A stretch of DNA of 64,000 bases, from positions 22,634-86,633 of IMG/VR virus record IMGVR_UViG_3300005805_000063. One strand, given 5' to 3'. Below are positions 36,999 through 43,910 of this stretch, piece by piece. The stretch's first letter is position 1, and the number at the start of each line of letters is the position of its first letter. The position numbers and the translations under genes were made by a program. This stretch comes from a virus (Duplodnaviria > Caudoviricetes). The notes under the pieces are model-generated. The model did no database searches and was not told the origin of the DNA. It saw only the letters and a program-made list of their open reading frames with translations.

Positions 36999-37230
36999 TA
37001 ATGCACCATAACTCACGTGGATATAAAGACTTCTTAGTAAAGGCTCATAGTTAACTATGTACTATTGGCGGGACTAAGATGTGAAACCACACTGATAATC
37101 AATTAGGAGATGAAAACGTCCACCTACATTATCAGTCTCCCAAGGGTGAGCAGTTGTAATAATAGAATCAGAACCGGGAATAAGTCATGTTTTGAACTCC
37201 CCTGAGATTATTACAACTGAGTGCAGAGGG
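36999..37230 (+). ncRNA. Twister-ribozyme-like RNA with about 120 nt inserted in L4
   Basis: UAA (36999-37001), P2 UGCA/UGCA, T1 CC/GG, P4 CUCAC/GUGAG, L4 UCCCAAGG, P5 13-bp perfect stem, 3' GAGGG supplying T2 CCC/GGG. P1 is weak. Confidence 0.6.
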
Positions 37231-37400
37231 AAGCAAAAATCCTAACCTCAATGAGCACAAGGTCAGGTCTGGAGTTAACCAGTTAAAGTCTCCCGCAAGA
37301 GAAGTCTCAGTCAGGCACTTGACAATAAAATAAAAAGGTGAAAACGACCTTTTTGCGTAAGGTTAACCAGTGTAGTGTCACACTGCTTACGATTTCCCTT

Positions 37401-37461
37401 ATTATACTTTCCACCGTTATTCTTTAATAACGCAAACCATATTATACTTTCCTTTAATAAC
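37401..37461 (+). repeat. Direct repeat ATTATACTTTCC (37401 and 37441), each followed by CTTTAATAAC
   Basis: 12-bp exact repeat with 40-bp spacing, upstream of the 37477 ORF. Confidence 0.7.
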
Positions 37462-37476
37462 AACTAACCCAAATCC

Positions 37477-37647
37477 ATGAAAACGTTCAATTACATCATC
37501 GCAAACCTCCTGATGCTTGGTTGCATTTGGAGTCTGTTCACAAGTAATGATTCAGTATCGCTGAATCCAGGCTTTATCCTGCTGCTTGTTGCTATCATCT
37601 TTTTCCTGTTTGCCCTTATCGAAGAAGAAAAAGAAAAAAGGAGATGA
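37477..37647 (+). CDS. Small two-TM membrane protein (56 aa)
   Basis: MKTFNYIIANLLMLGCIWSLF..GFILLLVAIIFFLFALIEEEKEKRR; its leader is shared with the 36798 ORF. Confidence 0.65.
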   Translation: MKTFNYIIANLLMLGCIWSLFTSNDSVSLNPGFILLLVAIIFFLFALIEEEKEKRR

Positions 37648-37832
37648 GCACAGACCAACCTGACCTGTTCAATCTGGTAGAGTACCAGCGCAGAAATGGC
37701 TTTTGGACTCCGTTCAAAACCCATATTGTCAACCGTCCATACGGTATCTGCAAAGCCCGTAAAAACGAGCTTGAATCAGATACTAGCCAAGTAAGTGTCA
37801 AATTCTTCAAAATCGAGAAACCAAAACGATAA
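37644..37832 (+). CDS. Hypothetical early protein (62 aa)
   Basis: ATGA overlap with the upstream gene. Confidence 0.55.
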   Translation: MSTDQPDLFNLVEYQRRNGFWTPFKTHIVNRPYGICKARKNELESDTSQVSVKFFKIEKPKR

Positions 37833-37834
37833 CC

Positions 37835-37963
37835 ATGAAACTCTCAATTGCATCCCTTACACAGCGACTGACTTACATTAAGACCCAGTCGATTCAACGC
37901 CAGCAAGCACTCATGCTCAGGATTACTGACCGTGGATTTTGGCGTTTTGCAGCACAATCATGA
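37835..37963 (+). CDS. Small hypothetical protein (42 aa)
   Basis: AACC-ATG leader; ATGA coupling to the next ORF. Confidence 0.4.
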   Translation: MKLSIASLTQRLTYIKTQSIQRQQALMLRITDRGFWRFAAQS

Positions 37964-38145
37964 GCTGTCATCCCCGCTGCCAAAGATGGGGTATGACAAC
38001 ATGCAAATGCTTTAGAAGTACCCCAAGGGGTCAGGAAATGTATAATCAGGACCGAATGGAATTCCTGATTATGTGGTTCTTGGCTCCTTTGGGGGTTTCT
38101 TTAGCCATCATTGCCGTCTTCTTTACCATATTATCCTATTACTAG
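37960..38145 (+). CDS. Small Cys-containing protein with C-terminal TM
   Basis: MSCHPRCQRWGMTTCKC..FLIMWFLAPLGVSLAIIAVFFTILSYY. Confidence 0.45.
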   Translation: MSCHPRCQRWGMTTCKCFRSTPRGQEMYNQDRMEFLIMWFLAPLGVSLAIIAVFFTILSYY

Positions 38146-38189
38146 GACAATACAACCCCATGACCTCACAATCTCACAACCCCACAATC

Positions 38190-38357
38190 ATGATTGTATT
38201 CCGTACACGTTCCATTAAACTAGAGTTCATTCCCACGCTTTTGATGGTTGGATTCGTCATTGAAAGGGACTTTCGCTATACCAACATTGCATTTGCGATA
38301 CCTTTCTTTATCTTTATCATCGAAATCAAGCGGGATTGGCGAGCCAAGCTGTTCTGA
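38190..38357 (+). CDS. Small hydrophobic protein (55 aa)
   Basis: ACAATC-ATG leader; fills the gap between genes. Confidence 0.45.
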   Translation: MIVFRTRSIKLEFIPTLLMVGFVIERDFRYTNIAFAIPFFIFIIEIKRDWRAKLF

Positions 38358-38374
38358 TTTTATCATTTGAAGTT

Positions 38375-38440
38375 GATGCGGCTGCCTTTAATGGCAAGAT
38401 GTTATTTAATGGGTTTAGGAGCATCGCCGCATCTATTTTT
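38375..38440 (+). terminator. Long stem-loop followed by a T-run (terminator or cis-regulatory RNA)
   Basis: GATGCGGC (38375) pairs with GCCGCATC (38426-38433), followed by TATTTTT. Confidence 0.5.
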
Positions 38441-38448
38441 ACAATACC

Positions 38449-38646
38449 ATGCAAAAAGACATAACACTCATCATCACCAATCCGCGTAACAGCGAAGAGT
38501 CAATTGAAATCGAGGTAACCTACAACACATCATCCAATACCGTTGAGTATTGGTCAAGTGAAGAAAGCGTTGAAGATATTCCCTATTGGCTAGACTACGA
38601 TATCATTCAGGACACACTGAGTGAGCATCTCAAATCAAAATCATAA
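38449..38646 (+). CDS. Acidic hypothetical protein (65 aa)
   Basis: ACAATACC-ATG leader. Confidence 0.6.
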   Translation: MQKDITLIITNPRNSEESIEIEVTYNTSSNTVEYWSSEESVEDIPYWLDYDIIQDTLSEHLKSKS

Positions 38647-38650
38647 ACCA

Positions 38651-38902
38651 ATGGCAAAGAAAAAGAAGACTCACATAACTGACCGGGATTTAATCAATCT
38701 TGGTTTTGTGAAAGTCAAGTTTGAACACGAGCGTGATGAATACTATTACGAATACGAGTTCAAGAACGTCCAGATTGTCCTTCTCAGTGATTTTCATAAA
38801 AAAGGCAAATGGAAAGTCAATATTTACGAAGGAGGTCTCAAATACTTCTCATCTCTTGAAGACTTGACAGCATTTATGGAAATCATTAAAAGAATGAAAT
38901 GA
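38651..38902 (+). CDS. Hypothetical protein
   Basis: Likely start at AAACCA-ATG (38651); LINLGF..YYYEY pattern is common in small phage proteins. Confidence 0.6.
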   Translation: MAKKKKTHITDRDLINLGFVKVKFEHERDEYYYEYEFKNVQIVLLSDFHKKGKWKVNIYEGGLKYFSSLEDLTAFMEIIKRMK

Positions 38903-39240
38903 CCATGAAAGGTAAAATAGTAAAGATTGAAGACAATCAATACTGGGTTGAAATACCCGGTCATGCTCCTTTTCAGCTTGAGCCAAGCGATGTTCCATTA
39001 GTTGATGCAGTGCTTGGCGAGTCTGAGTTTGAGATTGTTGAGCATGATAAAATCAGCGGCGTTGTCAAATACGCCAAACTTAAAACCAATAACATTACCC
39101 GTCTTGAGGTAGTCAACCATGCCAAAAACACAATGAAGATTGGCAGGGTGATGACCCTTTATAAAGAGATGGGGGATTTCTCTCAGATTGAGCTGTCCTA
39201 TCAGGACAATGGTCGAACCTTGAAGATATTCTTGGATTAA
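38899..39240 (+). CDS. Hypothetical protein (113 aa, apparently two small domains)
   Basis: C-terminal IELSYQDNGRTLKIFL motif is typical of small phage proteins. Confidence 0.6.
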   Translation: MTMKGKIVKIEDNQYWVEIPGHAPFQLEPSDVPLVDAVLGESEFEIVEHDKISGVVKYAKLKTNNITRLEVVNHAKNTMKIGRVMTLYKEMGDFSQIELSYQDNGRTLKIFLD

Positions 39241-39245
39241 CCATT

Positions 39246-39318
<73 letters not shown>

Positions 39319-39332
39319 CTTAAAACAACAAT

Positions 39333-39593
39333 ATGTCAAAAACACAAAGAATGAAGGATTTTGTGATTGACTTGGCAAATCTCAACAGGGAACTTCACTA
39401 TCATTTGAATCAAAAACATCCCAATTGGATTACAGTACACAAAATCAAGCGTAAAATTGCTAAAATTGAGAATTACATCATTAAACCAACAAAAACCATG
39501 AAAGACGAACCTTTTTTCGATGTAGAATTGGTATTTAAGATTGCACTTGTTGCTACAGTTTTTACACTGCTTTTTCTTATAGCCTCGTTGTGA
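39333..39593 (+). CDS. Hypothetical protein with C-terminal TM
   Basis: ORF track; an internal AAAACC-ATG near 39498 suggests a second start. Confidence 0.45.
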   Translation: MSKTQRMKDFVIDLANLNRELHYHLNQKHPNWITVHKIKRKIAKIENYIIKPTKTMKDEPFFDVELVFKIALVATVFTLLFLIASL

Positions 39594-39715
39594 TGATATT
39601 CTTTGTATTGTTTTTTATTGCTATTATTGTCTCAATTTCCGTACTCTGGGGAACAGGAATAGCCGAAATGGCCGAGAAACACCCGGATTATGAGGGAGAT
39701 GATTTTTTAGAATAA
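39593..39715 (+). CDS. Small membrane protein (40 aa)
   Basis: MIFFVLFFIAIIVSISVLWGTGIAEMAEKHPDYEGDDFLE; overlaps the upstream stop codon. Confidence 0.55.
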   Translation: MIFFVLFFIAIIVSISVLWGTGIAEMAEKHPDYEGDDFLE

Positions 39716-39720
39716 ACAAT

Positions 39721-39969
39721 ATGAAAGACTTCATCAAACAGTTGTTCAGCGATGACAACAAAATCAACGAAAAATCAGTCGTTGGATTCCTTGCCTTTTC
39801 AATGATGGTTATTACCCTACTTGCTGATATCGTTACGGGATTGTATAGCAGGGAAATGCCAATTCATGAATTTGTATTTGATGGATTTCTCATCACCTGT
39901 TTGGGTGCGTTGGGAATTGCATCTGTTGACAAATGGATAAATAACAAAGGCGGAGGCACAGCTGTATGA
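39721..39969 (+). CDS. Holin-like two-TM protein
   Basis: Two hydrophobic segments; directly upstream of the endolysin. Confidence 0.55.
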   Translation: MKDFIKQLFSDDNKINEKSVVGFLAFSMMVITLLADIVTGLYSREMPIHEFVFDGFLITCLGALGIASVDKWINNKGGGTAV

Positions 39970-40589
39970 TGGATACCTCAAAACTCAAGGGACATGTTCC
40001 GGATGGATTGCTCCTGCTCTTGCCGGATGTAATCAATAAGTTTGAAATCAATAATCCCTTGCGTCTTGCACATTTTTTGGCCCAATGCGGCCATGAATCA
40101 GGCAATTTTAAAGTTACCCGTGAAAACCTTAACTACTCTGCAGAGGGGCTGGTGAAAATATTCCCGAAATATTTTCCCACCCTTCCTGCAGCGGTTCCGT
40201 TTGCCAAGCAAGCTGAAAAGATTGCCAATAAAGTCTATGCTAATCGCATGGGCAATGGTGATGAAGCATCAGGAGATGGCTTTAAGTTCCGTGGTCGCGG
40301 ATACATACAGCTGACTGGTAAACAGAACTATACACTCTTTGGCCAGGCAATAAATGAGAATTTGGTTGCCAATCCTGATAAGGTGGCTGTTGACTATCCG
40401 CTTCTTTCTGCAGCATGGTTCTTTCACAAGAACGGACTGCATAAAATAGCCGATGAAAGCGCAACCGACATTACCGTAACCAAGATTACGAAACGTGTGA
40501 ATGGAGGCACAATAGGCCTTCAGGATAGAATAAAGCACTTCAAAGAGTATTATTCCTTACTTAACCCTGTTAATCCTGCACTGGTATGA
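39966..40589 (+). CDS. Endolysin, glycoside hydrolase family 19
   Basis: HFLAQCGHESG, ENLNYS, FRGRGYIQLTGKQNY, SAAWFF, TKRVNGGTIGLQDR. Confidence 0.93.
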   Translation: MMDTSKLKGHVPDGLLLLLPDVINKFEINNPLRLAHFLAQCGHESGNFKVTRENLNYSAEGLVKIFPKYFPTLPAAVPFAKQAEKIANKVYANRMGNGDEASGDGFKFRGRGYIQLTGKQNYTLFGQAINENLVANPDKVAVDYPLLSAAWFFHKNGLHKIADESATDITVTKITKRVNGGTIGLQDRIKHFKEYYSLLNPVNPALV

Positions 40590-40837
40590 ATTCAAAGCTT
40601 TTCAGTTTCTTTGGTTCCTTGCTAGTATTAGCCATTGCCATATCCATATTCTTCATGCTGATGACAAAGGAAATGCCCGCGTCAAACAGGGAGCTGTTGA
40701 TATCCTTTGTATCAGTGCTTTTTGGAGCAATGGCAGGATCTATTAAAAAGGTGACAGGTGATGAAAATGAAAGCGATACTGTAAAAGAACTGAAGACCAA
40801 AATAAAGGAACTTCAGGCAAAATTGAAGGAAAAATGA
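40586..40837 (+). CDS. Two-TM protein with basic tail (holin/antiholin-like)
   Basis: Hydrophobicity pattern; follows the endolysin. Confidence 0.45.
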   Translation: MNSKLFSFFGSLLVLAIAISIFFMLMTKEMPASNRELLISFVSVLFGAMAGSIKKVTGDENESDTVKELKTKIKELQAKLKEK

Positions 40838-41088
40838 GAGACGTGACGCTTATTCTTTTTGGCATATTGATAGTTTTGGTCTTTGTCGTCTTCCAGTTTG
40901 ATTATTTCCTCAAATCGGAAGAGATAAAGACAATCCAAAAGAATATTTATTATGACTCGATACTCCTTGAAGAGCAGAAAGAGCTTAAGAAAAAAGACAG
41001 TATCATCTTCAATGAAGAGAAGTCAATCAAGCAAAAGCTCAACAATCATGAGCAAAGACTTCATCGTATTGAAAAAAATGACCTATAA
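40834..41088 (+). CDS. Membrane-anchored coiled-coil protein (spanin-like)
   Basis: N-terminal TM followed by a coiled coil. Confidence 0.35.
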   Translation: MRDVTLILFGILIVLVFVVFQFDYFLKSEEIKTIQKNIYYDSILLEEQKELKKKDSIIFNEEKSIKQKLNNHEQRLHRIEKNDL

Positions 41089-41152
41089 AACTTACTCGCT
41101 CGTGATAATGAAATCAGGAGCGTCAACTATATTTCAAGTGAGTTATTAATTA

Positions 41153-42010
41153 ATGCGAATAATACATCAGAGAACCAAAACCCTTAAAACAAAGGATAAT
41201 GGTCGCAGTTCTGATGCAGTAAGTCCCAATTTTGTATACGGTTGTCTGGGTGGTTGCATGAAATCCTACTGCTATGTAGGACGATACAACAATGACAAGG
41301 TGTATATAAACGAGAATGTTGACCAAATCATTGAGTCAGTCTATGATTGGGTTGAACCCAAGCCTTGGCCAAGAGTTCCAGCTCAAACAGATGACAATCT
41401 ATATGTCATTGAAATAGGCTGCTCGACAGACATTCCACTGCATTTGAAACACTACAATTGGCAGGTAGTATTCGATTTCTTTAACGATTACTATAAGGCC
41501 AAAAGCACATTTGCGACAAAGTACCCAAGTCTGCTCGTCTCAAAGATGGGCAGTTACGAACTGGACTCGAAGAAACATCGGGTCCGCGTATCACTGATGC
41601 CTCAAGTATACTCGGACATACTTGAACCGGGCACTGACAGCATCAATGCACGCATCGACTCCATACCAAGGCTGCAGGAACAGTTTGAAGTACACATCAA
41701 TTTCTCACCCATCATTTATACAGACGGGTGGCTTGATGAATACCAAAAACTGTTTGAGCGATTATATGTCAATCATATTGATGTTAAATGTGAATGTATC
41801 TTTCTGACTTACAATGAGATACAATTCAAGAATAACTCACAGATTGTCAATGACTTGTGTTGGAAGCCAGAGATTCAGGAGAATAAAGATTCCCAGTATG
41901 CCAGTGGAAATATCCGATATAAATGGCAACTGAAGAATCAGATGATTTCGGATTTTTGCGAGCTTTACTCGCGCTATTTTAACAGGTCAAACATAAGATA
42001 CATATTCTAA
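41153..42010 (+). CDS. Spore photoproduct lyase-like radical SAM protein
   Basis: PNFVYGCLGGCMKSYCYV, EIGCSTD, FATKYP, RVRVSLMPQ, VHINFSPII, NIRYK follow the SplB layout. Confidence 0.8.
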   Translation: MRIIHQRTKTLKTKDNGRSSDAVSPNFVYGCLGGCMKSYCYVGRYNNDKVYINENVDQIIESVYDWVEPKPWPRVPAQTDDNLYVIEIGCSTDIPLHLKHYNWQVVFDFFNDYYKAKSTFATKYPSLLVSKMGSYELDSKKHRVRVSLMPQVYSDILEPGTDSINARIDSIPRLQEQFEVHINFSPIIYTDGWLDEYQKLFERLYVNHIDVKCECIFLTYNEIQFKNNSQIVNDLCWKPEIQENKDSQYASGNIRYKWQLKNQMISDFCELYSRYFNRSNIRYIF

Positions 42011-42303
42011 TGAAAAACGAACAGGATGTTATTGAGTGGGCTCGTGAGCGAGACTTGCTTAAGAAAGAGAATGCACGTAATCAATTGCTCAAAACCTTTG
42101 AGGAGATGGGTGAAGTGTCCCGTGCAGTATTGAAACAAGATAAGCTAGCATTGATTGATGGTATTGGTGATGTGCTTGTGACACTTATCATCTTTGCAGA
42201 AATCAATGATGTTTCTCTTGAGATGTGTCTGGCACATGCATATGATGAAATCAAGAATCGTACAGGTAAAACCGTTGACGGTGTGTTCATAAAGAATGCT
42301 TGA
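42010..42303 (+). CDS. MazG-like nucleotide pyrophosphohydrolase
   Basis: QLLKTFEEMGEV..DGIGDVLVTLII..CLAHAYDEIKNRTGK..GVFIK. Confidence 0.9.
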   Translation: MKNEQDVIEWARERDLLKKENARNQLLKTFEEMGEVSRAVLKQDKLALIDGIGDVLVTLIIFAEINDVSLEMCLAHAYDEIKNRTGKTVDGVFIKNA

Positions 42304-42514
42304 ATTCCGTAATCCCATACCGGTGGTCGTTGAGTCTGACAAAGATGGCTATGCCATCTATGTGACCAACGGCGGCCAGTATGAGAATGATATCTGGTGT
42401 GTTGTATTGTGTGACGGAGGTCATGTCCGTCATTATCGCAGTGACCAGATACGGATTTATAAGAACTCAACCTTTGACATAAAACCACAAACCAATGAAG
42501 TTCAAAAAACTTGA
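42296..42514 (+). CDS. Conserved small phage protein (72 aa)
   Basis: EFRNPIPV..GYAIYV..ENDIWCVVLCDGG motif recurs in phages. Confidence 0.6.
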   Translation: MLEFRNPIPVVVESDKDGYAIYVTNGGQYENDIWCVVLCDGGHVRHYRSDQIRIYKNSTFDIKPQTNEVQKT

Positions 42515-42579
42515 CCAATGGAACAGCTCGTCAGTTATTGCACTGATGACACTGCTCGTTTGGGCATCTATTTACATTA

Positions 42580-42831
42580 TTGTTAAATTGTCTCACAATG
42601 TATGAAGGTAAGACAGACTTTGAATTATATCTTATAGACAAAGCTTACGCGTCACCGCTTGAGTCTAAGCACTATCCGGAATTTGTTGCTAATATGCTGA
42701 TTGACAGGCTAATGACACAAGGAAATCTTGTATGGCAATTGCTTGAGGCAACCAATGACACGGATTATACAAAAGATACATTTATCAAGGCTGCAAATCT
42801 TGTACTTGACCCGGACTTTTCATTATATTGA
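42580..42831 (+). CDS. Hypothetical protein
   Basis: ORF track; the start may be 42598. Confidence 0.5.
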   Translation: MLNCLTMYEGKTDFELYLIDKAYASPLESKHYPEFVANMLIDRLMTQGNLVWQLLEATNDTDYTKDTFIKAANLVLDPDFSLY

Positions 42832-42834
42832 AAC

Positions 42835-43110
42835 ATGGTAGCAGAACCAACAAGTATTGTCTATAAAATCACACTTTCCCCCGAGGAAGGTGAGACTTTT
42901 AACAGAAAGCTTCCCTCTGAAAGCAGCATCGAGATGTTCGGTGCAGCTATAGCTGAGGGAGAATGTAACATGGATATATGTATATACAAAGATGAAGTCA
43001 TCATCAATGTAGAACTTTATTTCCGTGACAATATGAGTTATGCTGATATCAAGACAGAGATGAAAAGGATAATCAGTGAGATAGAAACATTTCTCAATGA
43101 GCCAGAATGA
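42835..43110 (+). CDS. Acidic hypothetical protein (91 aa)
   Basis: ORF track; coupled to neighbouring genes. Confidence 0.55.
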   Translation: MVAEPTSIVYKITLSPEEGETFNRKLPSESSIEMFGAAIAEGECNMDICIYKDEVIINVELYFRDNMSYADIKTEMKRIISEIETFLNEPE

Positions 43111-43342
43111 TTATCATATTCAGTACACATTATCAGGTCAGTCTTTCAAATACAAAACGACTTCAGGATTCCTTGCTGAAAAAATGATGAGGAATGTAAT
43201 GTCGTTTGCAGAGATGAACAAGATGCCACTTTGGAAAACCAAACTCAGGCTGATTGTCAGCAGAAAGCACTACCAGCAATATTGTTTTACAATGAGCAAG
43301 ATGAAGGACGGGATGTTTGTTACAAATCTTTATTACAATTGA
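43097..43342 (+). CDS. Hypothetical protein (81 aa)
   Basis: ORF track. Confidence 0.5.
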   Translation: MSQNDYHIQYTLSGQSFKYKTTSGFLAEKMMRNVMSFAEMNKMPLWKTKLRLIVSRKHYQQYCFTMSKMKDGMFVTNLYYN

Positions 43343-43668
43343 TGAAAGCAAAATCCATTGTCAACATTGAAGAATTTGTCGATGCCGTAATGATAATCAC
43401 ACAAGACAAATCCGATTGGGATACAAAACCCTTTATGGAATCCTTACAAAAGATTATCGTGTCATCGATGAAAAACGGACAGATGGTATCCGCCGATGTA
43501 ATGGTAGGTTATTTTAACCTTCACGCATTACTAGGAAACAAAGCCTCACGTGAAAGAATCCGGGCGTCTGCACAAGCAGTTAAAACATGGATTCGAGACA
43601 GCAACCAAAATAGTTATGGACCAGCCAATTCACAACCCCGAGAACTGTTGGAGGACCAAGGACGGTGA
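43342..43668 (+). CDS. Hypothetical protein
   Basis: The start at 43342, coupled to the upstream stop, is more likely than 43231. Confidence 0.5.
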   Translation: MKAKSIVNIEEFVDAVMIITQDKSDWDTKPFMESLQKIIVSSMKNGQMVSADVMVGYFNLHALLGNKASRERIRASAQAVKTWIRDSNQNSYGPANSQPRELLEDQGR

Positions 43669-43879
43669 GTACATTCCGTTCAGCGAGATGACGAACTCCC
43701 ATTTGCGCAATGCCAAGCATTATGCGCAGGCCAAAGAAGAATACTTTTGGCATAAATCAGGAGAGATGTCCGAGCTTATCGAAAAGATTGAAGCCGAGGC
43801 ACAACGTCGTGGAATCGAGTTGAAAGACCGTAAGTCCAAGTTCCAGCGGAACAACAGGATTCTCAAAAACGCAGTTTAA
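43616..43879 (+). CDS. Small phage protein with a WxTKDG..SEMTNSHLRN motif
   Basis: This motif is widespread in short phage proteins. Confidence 0.6.
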   Translation: MDQPIHNPENCWRTKDGEYIPFSEMTNSHLRNAKHYAQAKEEYFWHKSGEMSELIEKIEAEAQRRGIELKDRKSKFQRNNRILKNAV

Positions 43880-43884
43880 CAAAC

Positions 43885-43904
43885 GGGGGAGAAATCCCCC
43901 TTTT
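43885..43904 (+). terminator. Intrinsic terminator before polB
   Basis: GGGGGA-GAAA-TCCCCC-TTTT. Confidence 0.8.
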
Positions 43905-43910
43905 ACATCC

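Noticed and set aside
37081-37137. Hammerhead ribozyme in the insert (GAAAC, CUGAUAA, GUC present)
   Set aside because: The core needs CUGANGA, and the order and pairing of the elements do not form stems I-III.
37319-37350. TTGACA as a sigma70 -35 box
   Set aside because: There is no -10 box at the right spacing, and Bacteroidota promoters use a different consensus.
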